From: Antedon mediterranea
Taxonomy: Eukaryota > Animalia > Echinodermata
Direction of reading: 5' to 3'
NCBI RefSeq assembly: GCF_964355755.1
Contig: NC_092674.1
Span: 4,278,001-4,342,000, forward strand
Length of the DNA stretch: 64,000 nt
Positions 53,210 to 64,000 of the stretch are shown here, piece after piece; within the stretch, counting starts at the first letter, position 1, and each line of letters starts with the position of its first letter. The position numbers and the translations under genes were made by a program. The notes beneath the pieces are model-generated. The model was not told where the DNA came from. It did not search any database and saw only the letters and a list, made by a program, of their open reading frames with translations.

Positions 53210-55003
53210 TTACTGAAAAAAGGCACTCTTAACTACTGTACTGTACATATAATCATTGTTTTGTTTCTGTGGACGTTCATTATATAACCGTAGTAAATTA
53301 ATGTGGTATGTTTTGTGTTTGTTACCAACTAGTATTTCATAATTAACATCACTGAAAACTTTAGAGATAGGATAGGGACCTTGCCATTTAGATTTAACTT
53401 TCGATGTGTCATCTGGGAGGAGAATTAATACTTTCTGACCAACCTTAAATTTTCGAGGCAATGTTTTCTTATCATAATAATGTTTCTGTTTCGCTTGGGC
53501 TTGTTTAACGTTGGTCCTAGCAATGTCATTTTTCTTGACAATGTGGTACAATCTTGGGGGACAATCAGTGATTGGGGACGTTTTAACATTAAGAGCAGCA
53601 GCTAAATTAATAGCCTCTTGTCTTTCTTGGTTATGGGCTTCTTTTCTGGTAATAGCTAATATAGAAGGGGGCCAAGTGACGTCGTTGGGGTTACCGGTCA
53701 TAACTTCGTTGCCAAGTAATAAGTCTTTAGGAGTGTCATTACTCACGGCTGCCTTTAATTTTCCTTTATAAGCCTTACAATCAATATGTACGTGTACAAC
53801 TGGGAGGGTTACGTATTGACCAGTAAAGCCTTGTACGGTGACAGTTTCACTGGTATAATCCTTGGGTTTAACAAAAGTACTTTTTACAATGCTTTGGGAG
53901 CACCCAGTGTCTCTAAGTATTTCGGCCTGTCTGTTGTTAATTGTACCAGACAGTAACCATGGGTTTGTCCCATAATTGCGTTTAACATACAGGCCTAGTA
54001 ATTGATCTTTTGCAGGGTTGTTGTTAAGGGGACATTGTCGACTAATGTGGCCTGGTTTATTACATTTGTAGCATGTAATGTTTTGTGTCGTGTTTGATTG
54101 GCGATTTGTGTAGGTACTGGTAGGGGCTGAATAATTATCAAAAGGGATCGAGAGCAAGGGTTTTGGGGAATAACGCGATGTAGGTTGGGGAGGGCCTTGG
54201 GATGCGGGACTGTAACCAGGAAACGGCGGGGCTGTTGATGGAGGGGCGGATATTCTCGGGGAAGGTCTGGTGTTGGGCTTAGAGATAGATTCCATCCAGG
54301 GTTTGCCCTTAATTTCAATCAGGGTATCGGCAATTCGGGATAATTCAAGGGACGTTTTGGGCTCTTTTTCTTTGATTAGAGAAGCAAGAGGAAAGGGGAG
54401 TTTTTGTATCGCCTGATCTAAAAGAAAAAAGTCAAGAATTTCCTTAGGGTCTTGAAGGTTAACTTTAGCGCTTCGAAGCCACCTCTTCATGTCACGATCA
54501 AGTTTTCCTACCCACTCTCTAGTGGACATTGAAAGGGGTTTGAGGGTTTGTCTAAATTGTTTCCGATATGTTTCGGCTGTGAGGTGGTACTTTAGAAGGA
54601 TAGCATCTTTAAGGTCGTTATATACGAAATTCTGTAAAGGCATATCGTTGTAGGCCTCCCTGGCTTTACCAGTTAATTTTGGGAGAAGGTGTAGGGTCCA
54701 ATTTTCAGGGGGAATTTGGCACTGTGCTGCAATACGCTCAAAGCATGACAAGTAGATATCAATGTCATCCTTATCTGTGATTTTAGGGATCTTATTAATG
54801 GGGCTATGGGTATCCTGGGGCGGTTGTTGACGCATTCGAAGCCGTTGCAGTTCAAGTTCTAACTCAAGCATGCGCATTTGCATAGCTGTTTCGGATTGAG
54901 ATGGTGGGGGAGGGCTAGGTGGGCTTTCAAAGTTAGGAGCCAACCCAGGGGTACCAATAAGGGTTGTACGGGTTTGGGACCGAGTAAGTCGCGGCGTTGC
55001 CAT
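53210..55003 (-). CDS. Retrotransposon Gag (SCAN-like capsid, CCHC knuckle) and aspartic protease, fused to an integrase C-terminal tail
   Basis: Uninterrupted ORF (likely start MATPRL at 55003): DDIDIYLSCFER...LTGKAREAY...LTAETYRKQFR, CYKCNKPGHISRQC, LRDTGCSQS, then AQAKQKHYYDK...KWQGPY...YHINLL. No RT, RNase H or DDE core. Confidence 0.88.
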   Translation of the reverse strand: MATPRLTRSQTRTTLIGTPGLAPNFESPPSPPPPSQSETAMQMRMLELELELQRLRMRQQPPQDTHSPINKIPKITDKDDIDIYLSCFERIAAQCQIPPENWTLHLLPKLTGKAREAYNDMPLQNFVYNDLKDAILLKYHLTAETYRKQFRQTLKPLSMSTREWVGKLDRDMKRWLRSAKVNLQDPKEILDFFLLDQAIQKLPFPLASLIKEKEPKTSLELSRIADTLIEIKGKPWMESISKPNTRPSPRISAPPSTAPPFPGYSPASQGPPQPTSRYSPKPLLSIPFDNYSAPTSTYTNRQSNTTQNITCYKCNKPGHISRQCPLNNNPAKDQLLGLYVKRNYGTNPWLLSGTINNRQAEILRDTGCSQSIVKSTFVKPKDYTSETVTVQGFTGQYVTLPVVHVHIDCKAYKGKLKAAVSNDTPKDLLLGNEVMTGNPNDVTWPPSILAITRKEAHNQERQEAINLAAALNVKTSPITDCPPRLYHIVKKNDIARTNVKQAQAKQKHYYDKKTLPRKFKVGQKVLILLPDDTSKVKSKWQGPYPISKVFSDVNYEILVGNKHKTYHINLLRLYNERPQKQNNDYMYSTVVKSAFFQ

Positions 55004-55164
55004 TTTAAGTGAAAATGTATGATAACTTAAAATCAATTAGGCTAATAACAGAATGTACCTTAACTACAATATAAGTAATATTGAGAATTATAATACAATT
55101 ATCAACAAGAATTATTAAAGTATAAAATAAATGCCACTGTCAGTATGAAAGTATATGCTAATTA

Positions 55165-55352
55165 GAGTGTAGATTGGTTACTCACCCTTTACTTGTGTTG
55201 CTCTTTGTACGTCTCTGCTCCTTTGCGTTTGTTGTTTCCAAGAGTGTAGAATGGTTACTACAGTACTCACTCTTTACTTGTGTTGCTCTCTGTGTTCCTT
55301 GTTGTTGTGTCCAAGAGTGTAGATTGGTTACTACTCACTCTTTACTTGTGTT
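55165..55352. repeat. ~75-bp tandem repeat (3 copies) in the LTR element leader
   Basis: AGAGTGTAGA.TGGTTACT...CTTTACTTGTGTTG repeated. Confidence 0.75.
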
Positions 55353-55666
55353 GAAAAACAAAATCCGTTTCGGAAATAAAAATCAGCTTCCTTTCAAATT
55401 CTACAGCTTGGTCGACTGTATAAATTTACTTTTTCTTCGTGAGTTCGTAAAAACCGCTGCCACCATGTAACGGTAGTCGTGTCGAGGGCCAAGACAATAA
55501 CGATGGCACACAATTATTCAATGTACAAAATATAATATTTATTCAATCAAAAAGTAATATTATAAAACAATGTGAAACGTAGTGATTCTGACTGATGTTA
55601 TAGTCTCAAGAATCAATACCCGAACTAAATAACTTAACTACAAAACATATATTTATATTAAGGGGA

Positions 55667-58081
55667 CTGCTCTCTTAAATTGGTCGACTGAATATTCAAT
55701 CGATACGGTTGATTTTTCAACTTTTGGCCGACTGTGAGTAGGGACAAATCGGATTGATTGAAATAACGATTGAAGATTTTCAATCGATTCAAAGATTGAA
55801 AAATTTCAAACTAAGAAGATTGGAAAAATTATTTTTTCAACCAAAATCGATTGACTTTTTTGTTTAAATACGATGCTTAAAAAAGATACGTTTCTTATAT
55901 ATATTCCATTTTGATTTTATTGAAAACATAACAACAGTATATTACAATAGTCAAGACACTGCTGTAGTCTTTGCCTTTCAGTAGTATAATTATAAATTCA
56001 AAAACTATCTTATATGCCTTGGTGATATACCCTAATTCTTGGGAGGGCATCTACAAAGTCCACAAATATCATTCAGGAAAATATAGTGCAGCCTAAATAA
56101 AATCCCAACCATGGCTTCTATAATGTGTCTGAATGAAAGTACATGTTGAGTTATGATGACCGTCCAATTGACAATAAATATGGCTGTGCAAATTTTTGTC
56201 CTGCATACTCTTTTCTAACATCTGTTGCATCCTGTAAGAATAACAAAAAGCATAACAAACTGTTATTTATCATAAAATATTTGATAAATGTACGCATCTT
56301 TAGTAGTAGTACTGTACTATCTTTATCATTGATAATTTTTTATTTTCAATATGGTCTTAAAAAGCAACGGTGAATAGTTTTGCTATTCAATATTATCAGA
56401 AAAGAGTATCATATAAAACTCTTTTCTCTAATTTAAGTAAATTTTGACATTCGTAATTTTTAAAATGAAAATAAAAACTGTACTATTAATTAATATGCTT
56501 ACATGGATATGTTGAATGAACAAATTCACAGCTTCTGATTTGGTTCATGCTCTGTATAAGATTGAGACATATAGTATGCTTCATATAAATCAACATAACA
56601 AGACCATTAGGCCTAGTGCACAAAATAAATTATAAAACATTAATAATAGTAACACAAATAGTAAAAATAATAGGCTAGTTCAGATTCAGTCAAGCCACCA
56701 ATAATTAGGCAATCTTTTTCTAGCATCAGGTCGGTATGTCGAGTAGTTTCTTCTAGGTTGGAAATATTTTTTAATCCAGTCCCTGTTTTAAAGCTTAAAA
56801 AACACGAATTTATACACAATTGACATGTATAAATACAGTGATTTAAATACAGATATACAACATATTATTATTACTTACTATCAAAAAATAAATATAAATC
56901 GTTCAAGATGATGTCCATGTTGTTATTGTGAATGATTACAGCCCGAAACATCATTGACATTGTGTAGTCAAGCATTTTTCCTGTGCAATAGATAGAAATA
57001 ATATGTTTCTACTAAATGTTATAGTTTAGTACTGTACAGTATACACAGTATAGCCTATCGTCATTATTTATTAATATTATAATTATTAATTATATCATAA
57101 TTTATTCGTAGGACGCCTAGGCTAGGCCCTAATAGAGGCTCTAGCTATAGGCCTAGGCCCCTAGGGCCTAGTCTAGGAAATAGTATTAAAGTAGGGCCTA
57201 GGCTTAGTAACTAGGCCTAGCCTAGGCCTATTTATTAGACCTAGCTCTTCTCCAGCTAGACCTACTAGTTAGGCCTAGCCTACTAGGCTAGTACTAGCCT
57301 ATGCTAGCTAGTAGTAGTAGGGTAGGCCTAGCTAGAGAACGTCATTACATTACATTACAAGAATTACAAAGTAACGTTTTTTTAGTATTCATTAAAATTG
57401 TTTAGGCCTATACAATGGAAATGCCTATTCAACTAGGCTAGGCCTAGCCTAGATAGAATAATATTCAAGGCATAACACATTTGATTTAGTAAATTTAACC
57501 TAGGCTACTCACTAACTAGGTCTAGGCCTATAGCCTAACTCGGTAACCGGCAAAAATAAACTCGAGCCGTAACCACCGTACACCACACTCGCTGCTGTCA
57601 CGTCAACTAGCCTACTAACTAGGCCTAGATCTGTGCTGTGGCCAGAAAATGTGCGCGGTGGTGGTGGTGTGAATGTAGGCCTCAATGTAGCGTATGCCTT
57701 AGATTCAATTTAAAATAAATGATTACCAACCTTCTAAAATAGATATTGATTCAATTGGTATATGTTACGAATACGGTAGCTCGTAAATTGTCGGCAAAGA
57801 ATCTAAAATGCGATCGATGAGCATGAAGACACTGACTCTGAAGATCAGGCGGGCGGGAAGCGAGGAGAGGGAAGACAAACTTTTGTTGTCCGCGCGCTTT
57901 CACGTCACAATATATTAGGCGCTGATTGGATGTTGTAATCAAACTTTCTATCAGTTGAAACTTTATTTTCAACTGGAGCGTATTTCACGTTCATGAATAC
58001 CATATTCAGTCTAAAAAGTTTGGTTTTAATCATCAAACGTAAATACGATCGAAATTTCCAATCGATGAATTTAAGAGAGTG
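55667..58081 (-). mobile_element. CACTA/EnSpm-like (CMC) non-autonomous element inserted in the 5' LTR
   Basis: A 2.4-kb segment absent from the other LTR. TIR CACTCTCTTAAATT on the right (reverse complement) versus CTGCTCTCTTAAATT on the left, with GA on both flanks. Spliced minus-strand remnants (SEAVNLFIQHIH|DATDV...QPYLLSIG...LFRLHYIF) resemble the accessory ORF of animal EnSpm elements. Confidence 0.65.
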
Positions 58082-59689
58082 GAAGGATGACTAATTAAAT
58101 GGTACCACATCCTGATTGACTTTCCTTGGAAGACCCACCTCAGGAATGTAGTGTTCCAAGTTAAGTAGACATCGGGGAGAGTAAGGGGTGAATAGCCTGT
58201 GTGACTAATAGGGTTTGGTCCCACCATGTTACACAAGTCAATGTTGATGCAGTATAGTATACATACACTGTACTGTGCTTCGAAAAGGAATACGCCAGAG
58301 CCATATATATATGGCTCTAGAATAAGCCATTTGGTTGGCATTAAAGAGATGGATTAAACACACTTTCATATGTCTTACTTATGATCCTTGTTCACGTTCA
58401 CATCCCCGTTTTCTTCTTGCAATGGACCCCATTGGAAATAAAATTGACTTGTCGATTTTATGGGTCGTCCTTGCATCCATTCACTTTTTTAAAATTCTAA
58501 TTTGTTGTATTTATTCTTTATGTATTTTAACTGTATTGTTAAATGGATGCTAAATAAAAAGAGAAAAAAAGTATCGAAATGCATGATAAAATGGTGTCTA
58601 CATACAGTAGACCTCCACCCTTTTAGAACACCTCTATTAAGGGCCTTTCACACCTGCTCCGGCACGGTTCCGGTCCGGCGACGGCAAATCCAATCGAACG
58701 TCAATGTTTCGTTTTTACGCGGCTACGCGCATATCGATGATTTTATGGAAACCAGGCTTTACACTACCGGCAACCTCTATCCCGTGGACACTCCAATGCG
58801 ACCGAAGGTGTCCCTGTAAAGCTTGGTTTCCAATAGCGACGCAACGCAAGGTGATTTGACCAATCACAAGCGACGGATTATTCGAACAGTGGCTTTTCAT
58901 TGGTCAACTCGCTTTAGCGTTGCGCGTACGTCCTTGCGTTGCGTCTCTTGTGGGAACCACGCTTAATATGGATTCTACATCACTTGGTTGACATTTTGTG
59001 TCGCAGTCAAATAGGCGCTGTACAAAAACGGAGTAAACTGAATAATGCATGCAGTATACTATTATTTTTACTCGTTTAATTCGTAAATGCAAGCAAGATC
59101 ATTTAAGAAAAAATAATATTCAGTATTAATAATTTTGCCAGTAAATTCTCATTAATACCCGTATTGAACTGACATTTGTAATAATGTATTTATGTATTGT
59201 TTGATCAAACAGTCGTGTTCAATTTCAAGTGCTAAGTATCCAACCTGAATAGTAATAATAAAGTATTTTGATCTTATTACTATTTTTTCTAGTCGTCATG
59301 GTCTTAAATTATTGAAGAAAATTGCCTCATGATGAACGATATTTTAAAATTCGTATTAATAAATAATATTCGTAAATATAAACTGCTAATATCAAAGTAT
59401 ATATACAGATTAAAGATGATGTATTGTCTCTCAAAATACAAGAAAAAAGGAAGGCTAATAAAAATAAAATAAAATACTTTAAATGTCATTTTGTAGTTTT
59501 AATCAAGTTAATCACTTGTGTAGGAAAAAAACTAAAATAATGAACTACAACAAATTACAAAAAGACAAAATAAACGGTAAAATTTAACAACAAAAAAAAC
59601 ATTGGCTTACAGTAAATTTTACTATTTTTGCTTTAAAATACATTTTTCAGGTAAATAATTTTTTTTTCGATCCAATAATAAACAATATA

Positions 59690-60120
59690 CGTACCATTTA
59701 TTTGTATCAACAACAAAATAATACAGTATTTCTTTCACAAGAATATTTCTATAAACTTATTTGATACAAAACGGGTATGCAATGAGCCGAAGCTCTTAAA
59801 CGCATTACCCTATAATACAGATATCTAATTAGCAAATAAAACAATAAAAGTACAAATAGAAATAAAAAGTAAAAGTAACAAAAGTGAACTCTACATGAGT
59901 GAGCATTTATTTATTAATAGTTGTTGTATTTCCTTTTTAAATTTTCCGATTTTAGTTTCACACTTTATGTTTTCAGGTAAACGGTTCCAAATATTTGCCC
60001 CTCTATAGGCAATACTTATTTGTCCTATATTTGTTCTTTTTAGAGGAATACGGAAATCACTCTTCTTCCGCGTATAATACTCATGTACAGATTCCATTTT
60101 TGTAAAAAAAAGAGTTACCG
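59690..60120 (-). mobile_element. LINE 3' terminal fragment
   Basis: Peptide HEYYTR...RTNIGQISIAYRGANIWNRLP is typical of L2/Crack ORF2 C-termini and is followed by a 3' UTR. It splits a Kolobok-like element. Confidence 0.75.
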
Positions 60121-61087
60121 AAGTATTGTTCGGTCTTTCTTATTTGCGTCTGTATTTGGCAGCAATTTTAATAAATAAAAAAAAAATTAAAGTGGATAGC
60201 TATTATGTTACATTAAAATGGGATATTCAACAAAAAATATTTTCCGAATTATTCTTTCAGGGGGACAATACATTTTTAAATGATTCCTTAAGGTTTTTAA
60301 CAAAAATCAAATTTAAAAAAGAAATGAAAAAATATTATTTTTTTGTTTAAGATATTTATTTATTTATTTCTAAAATACTAAGTTTTTTATTTGAGAAAAA
60401 GTGTGTTAAAAAAAATTATTTTATGTATATTATTTTTTAGAAAGGTAGCCATTTTTTATTTATATAACTATTCATTTTATTCTTCCATGTTTAGGGGCAG
60501 CTAGCCTAAACTTGATTAGTTAACTATTCGTTTGTTGTACAGTCGCGTTCAATTTCTAATATCTGTATACCATGCTTGTATCCTACCTGAATAGTAATAG
60601 TAAAGCCCTTTGATCATATTACTATTTTTTCTAGCATTGTTTTTTTTTTATAGTCGTTATGGTCTTAAATTATTGAAGAAAATTACCTCATAATGAACGA
60701 TATATTAAAATTGAACTGAATTAAAGAATTAACTATTATTAGAAAATATAAACTGTTAATATCAAAGTTAATTATATAGATTAATATTTATTCGTTGTGA
60801 TAATTTATCTATAAGGTATATCTCATTTTTTTAAATGCTGAAAATGTTTGCAGTTTGTCTATTTCGTAAATGTTGTAATGGTAACTCTTTATTTATTTGA
60901 TTTTATTTAGAGTTATTAAATAACACATTTGTTCAATTTTTCCTTGCTATGCCTTTTGTCTCTTTATTTTATAGTCGACAAAACATTAACTGTTTCAAAC
61001 AGTCTTTACCGTGATTAATACAAGTTGATAGCTTTCGATATTCCCAACGTTAAAGAAAGTTAGAACACATGATTTTGTAAATTGTGC

Positions 61088-62105
61088 TCACTCTCGTAGT
61101 TTCGTTCACTTTCGTAGTTTCGTTCAGTCTGTAGAATGTTCACTCTCATAGCTTCATTCAATCTCGTAGTTTTGGTCACTCTGTAGAATGTTCACTCTCA
61201 TAGCTTCATTCAGTCTCGTAGTTTTGGTCACTCTGTAGAATGTTTACTCTCATAGCTTCATTCAATCTCGTAGTTTTGGTCACTCTGTAGAATGTTTACT
61301 CTCATAGCTTCATTCAATCTCGTAGTTTTGGTCACTCTGTAGAATGTTCACTCTCATAGCTTCATTCAGTCTCGTAGTTTTGGTCACTCTGTAGAATGTT
61401 CACTCTCATAGCTTCATTCAATCTCGTAGTTTTGGTCACTCTGTAGAATGTTTACTCTCATAGCTTCATTCAATCTCGTAGTTTTGGTCACTCTGTAGAA
61501 TGTTCACTCTCATAGCTTCATTCAGTCTCGTAGTTTTGGTCACTCTGTAGAATGTTTACTCTCATAGCTTCATTCAGTCTCGTAGTTTTGGTCACTCTGT
61601 AGAATGTTTACTCTCATAGCTTCATTCAATCTCGTAGTTTTGGTCACTCTGTAGAATGTTCACTCTCATGGCTTCATTCAATCTCGTAGTTTTGGTCACT
61701 CTGTAGAATGTTCACTCTCATAGCTTCATTCAATCTCGTAGTTTTGGTCACTCTGTAGAATGTTTACTCTCATAGCTTCATTCAATCTCGTAGTTTTGGT
61801 CACTCTGTAGAATGTTCACTCTCATAGCTTCATTCAATCTCGTAGTTTTGGTCACTCTGTAGAATGTTCACTCTCATAGCTTCATTCAATCTCGTAGTTT
61901 TGGTCACTCTGTAGAATGTTCACTCTCATAGCTTCATTCAATCTCGTAGTTTTGGTCACTCTGTAAAATGTTCACTCTCATAGCTTCATTCAATCTCGTA
62001 GTTTTGGTCACTCTGTAGAATGTTCACTCTCATAGCTTCATTCAATCTCGTAGTTTTGGTCACTCTGTAGAATGTTTACTCTCATAGCTTCGTTTACTCT
62101 CATAG
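61088..62105. repeat. 52-bp minisatellite, ~18-19 copies
   Basis: Unit CTCTGTAGAATGTTCACTCTCATAGCTTCATTCAATCTCGTAGTTTTGGTCA. Confidence 0.97.
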
Positions 62106-62982
62106 TTGTTCATTTCATTCATTCATTTATTCCACATTTATTTAGTCATCAATCACATCATAATTGCAATACAACAAGGATCCTGCATAAAAAAGCTGTA
62201 GCTTCGTTTTTTTGTAGGACAATTTTACATATTTTACGTTATCAAATTTTTATTTTCTTTTAAGTTCTGTTATTTATTTGTTAATTTTGTAGCTTAAGTT
62301 AGTTAAGATAAAAGGTACCAAGCTTGATTAGCTTCGGCTATACCTTGGCTACCTTTTGTATTAAATTGTTTTTTGTTTGATACAATAAAGAAGAAAGAAA
62401 GAATATGAACAAAGTATAACTTAGATAAAACAGTCATTTCCCATAAACAAGGTGTTAATCAGCATAATAGTGATAAAAAGTTTTTTTTTGACCTGTTTTT
62501 TTATACATTTATTTTGTTTCTTTAAAATAACCGGTTTATTATCACCATTATAAGTGAATTCTTTTCATGTGTATAAACTGTTGACTGCAAGTTAGTCTTG
62601 TGAAGGGAATTTCGAATTTAGTTTCTGTTCTGAGGTTATGAGTAGGCATGTCTGTCGTAGATTTAAATGTGTTCACTCGTGTTCAACTCATACGCACGAC
62701 ATGGCAGGTGTTTGATCCCAGTTTCCGTCAGCCATATGGTAATGTTACCCGTTGGTTTGTCACAGTAGTCAACCAACCTGAAGTTGTTGCGGTCATCGGC
62801 AAAGTAAGCCTTTGTGAAAAAATGACGTCATTTTTAAAGTTTTAGCTCGAACTACGACTAAAGTCCGATTTAAGAATACGGGCTATAGACACGGTTCACT
62901 CTTGTAGATTGTTAATCATAACATACAATGAAAGGACTATCTCTATCACTCTCCCTTCCACCAGGCCGCATAACATCATTTA

Positions 62983-63914
62983 TTACATGTAACAATAGCC
63001 ATCATTGGTCTCACGATAGTTCCAACCAATTTCAATAATGCCGGTACCACCACATCCGAGTCTTGAACTTGTTAAGACATAAATAGGGTTCGAATCCGCA
63101 AGCCAGCCTACATTGCAGCAATCAAATCCAACGGAATGTGCGTAAATTACCTGTGACCGTGTGGCCAGCTCTCCTCCATACGCCTCACACATGTCTATTG
63201 CCTCTTGGTACGTGAGTGTGTACCGCCTAACACCACGGACGAGAATAACACGGTGAGCGGGAAATGGATCTGGTACTGCAACAGGTGGTATGTCTGGGAG
63301 AGAAACGTAACACATTGCAAAATATTCAATTCCTGGGTCTCTTAACATGACTTCATTGGCAGTTGGGTATAGCCAATAATCAGAGGACGGTTTGTTAATA
63401 CATGGATTACCAGCTAGACCACTAGACAACCAAGCAAAGTCAAACTCACTCGGTACAGGGCAAAAACAAGCGCCTTTGATGTAGCAAATAGCGTGTACCT
63501 CAAGAGGAGTGGCAAGTCGACCTCTAAACTTATCGGCACAGAACACGCTAGATTCCTCAAAGTTTAGCTTCTTCGAGTTTGTACCGGTTAGCCGAATTAT
63601 TCTCTGATCTTCTGGGATATATGCGGTAACATTGGATACTTGATTGTATTCTTTATAGCAATAGTATCCGCTGAGATACGACTTGAAAGGAAATACGTTG
63701 GTTCGTAGATTTGATAACTGCAACTTGCACTTGTCGTCAGAAAGCGCGCTAAAGGCAATCTCTTCACTGATAAGCCAGCCCTCAGAACAGTGTTGAAGAC
63801 GAGGTTGAAAAGCGTTGTACAGATTGTCGTAAGACGCCAAACCACCTAAATTATCAGTACATTTGTCGGCTGCCTCGTCATAAGTAACTTCAGCCAAAAC
63901 AAAATAGACACCGT
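62983..63914 (-). CDS. Terminal exon of a Link (Xlink) module protein with three tandem Link modules; the 5' part lies beyond the window
   Basis: Acceptor TTGTTTTCAG ends at 63915. Three repeats of (Y/F)xEAxxxC...G.LA(T/S)...(G/A)WL...C...YCY; the third, RYTLTYQEAIDMCEAYGGELAT...GFDCCNVGWLAD...GCGG...DGYCY, is closest to TSG-6/HAPLN/lectican modules. Confidence 0.88.
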
Positions 63915-64000
63915 CTGAAAACAATAGTACGTTAGGAGCAAAAGATGTAGTTAATACAAATCTTTTTCTCCGCAAGGGTCTGGTTTAGCTTCAAGACGAA

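Larger units (their letters stand above)
51445..58233 (-). mobile_element. Non-autonomous Ty3/Gypsy (Gmr1-like) LTR retrotransposon
   Basis: LTRs TGTAAC...GTTACA at 51445-51800 and 55466-58233 (the latter interrupted). TSD CAAGT at 51440-51444 and 58234-58238. PBS TGGTGGCAGCGGT (tRNA-Leu-like) at 55465-55453 and PPT AGCGGGGGAA at 51810-51801. Confidence 0.95.

Noticed and set aside
61088-62105. CRISPR-like array
   Set aside because: Head-to-tail near-identical units without spacers or cas genes.

Overview
AT-rich, intron-containing animal genomic DNA; the gene content and transposon types suggest a marine invertebrate, possibly an echinoderm (inference only). I rebuilt spliced gene models by hand from GT-AG sites and reading-frame continuity. 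They are: (1) a 19-exon RXFP1/2-type (LGR type C) relaxin-family receptor, 7754-28730 (+); (2) an uncharacterised 11-exon, ~698-aa secreted and probably GPI-anchored protein resembling a stand-alone FRAS1/FREM2/ECM3 C-terminal module, 34280-40032 (+); (3) PGAP2, 42613-45299 (-), head-to-head with (4) ZCCHC10, 45959-47153 (+); (5) ZMAT2, 48475-50756 (+); and (6) the last exon of a gene with three Link modules, 62983-63914 (-). A young Ty3/Gypsy (Gmr1-like) LTR element at 51445-58233 has a 5-bp TSD, keeps an intact gag-protease ORF, lacks RT/RNase H, and carries nested CACTA-like and Kolobok-like insertions. The rest is decayed LINEs, SINEs, many MITEs, and 569-bp and 52-bp tandem arrays. The most notable observations are the orphan FRAS1-C-like protein, the invertebrate Link-module protein, the RT-less LTR element, and a recurrent TA->TAGGCCTA insertion signature that piles up just downstream of first exons.
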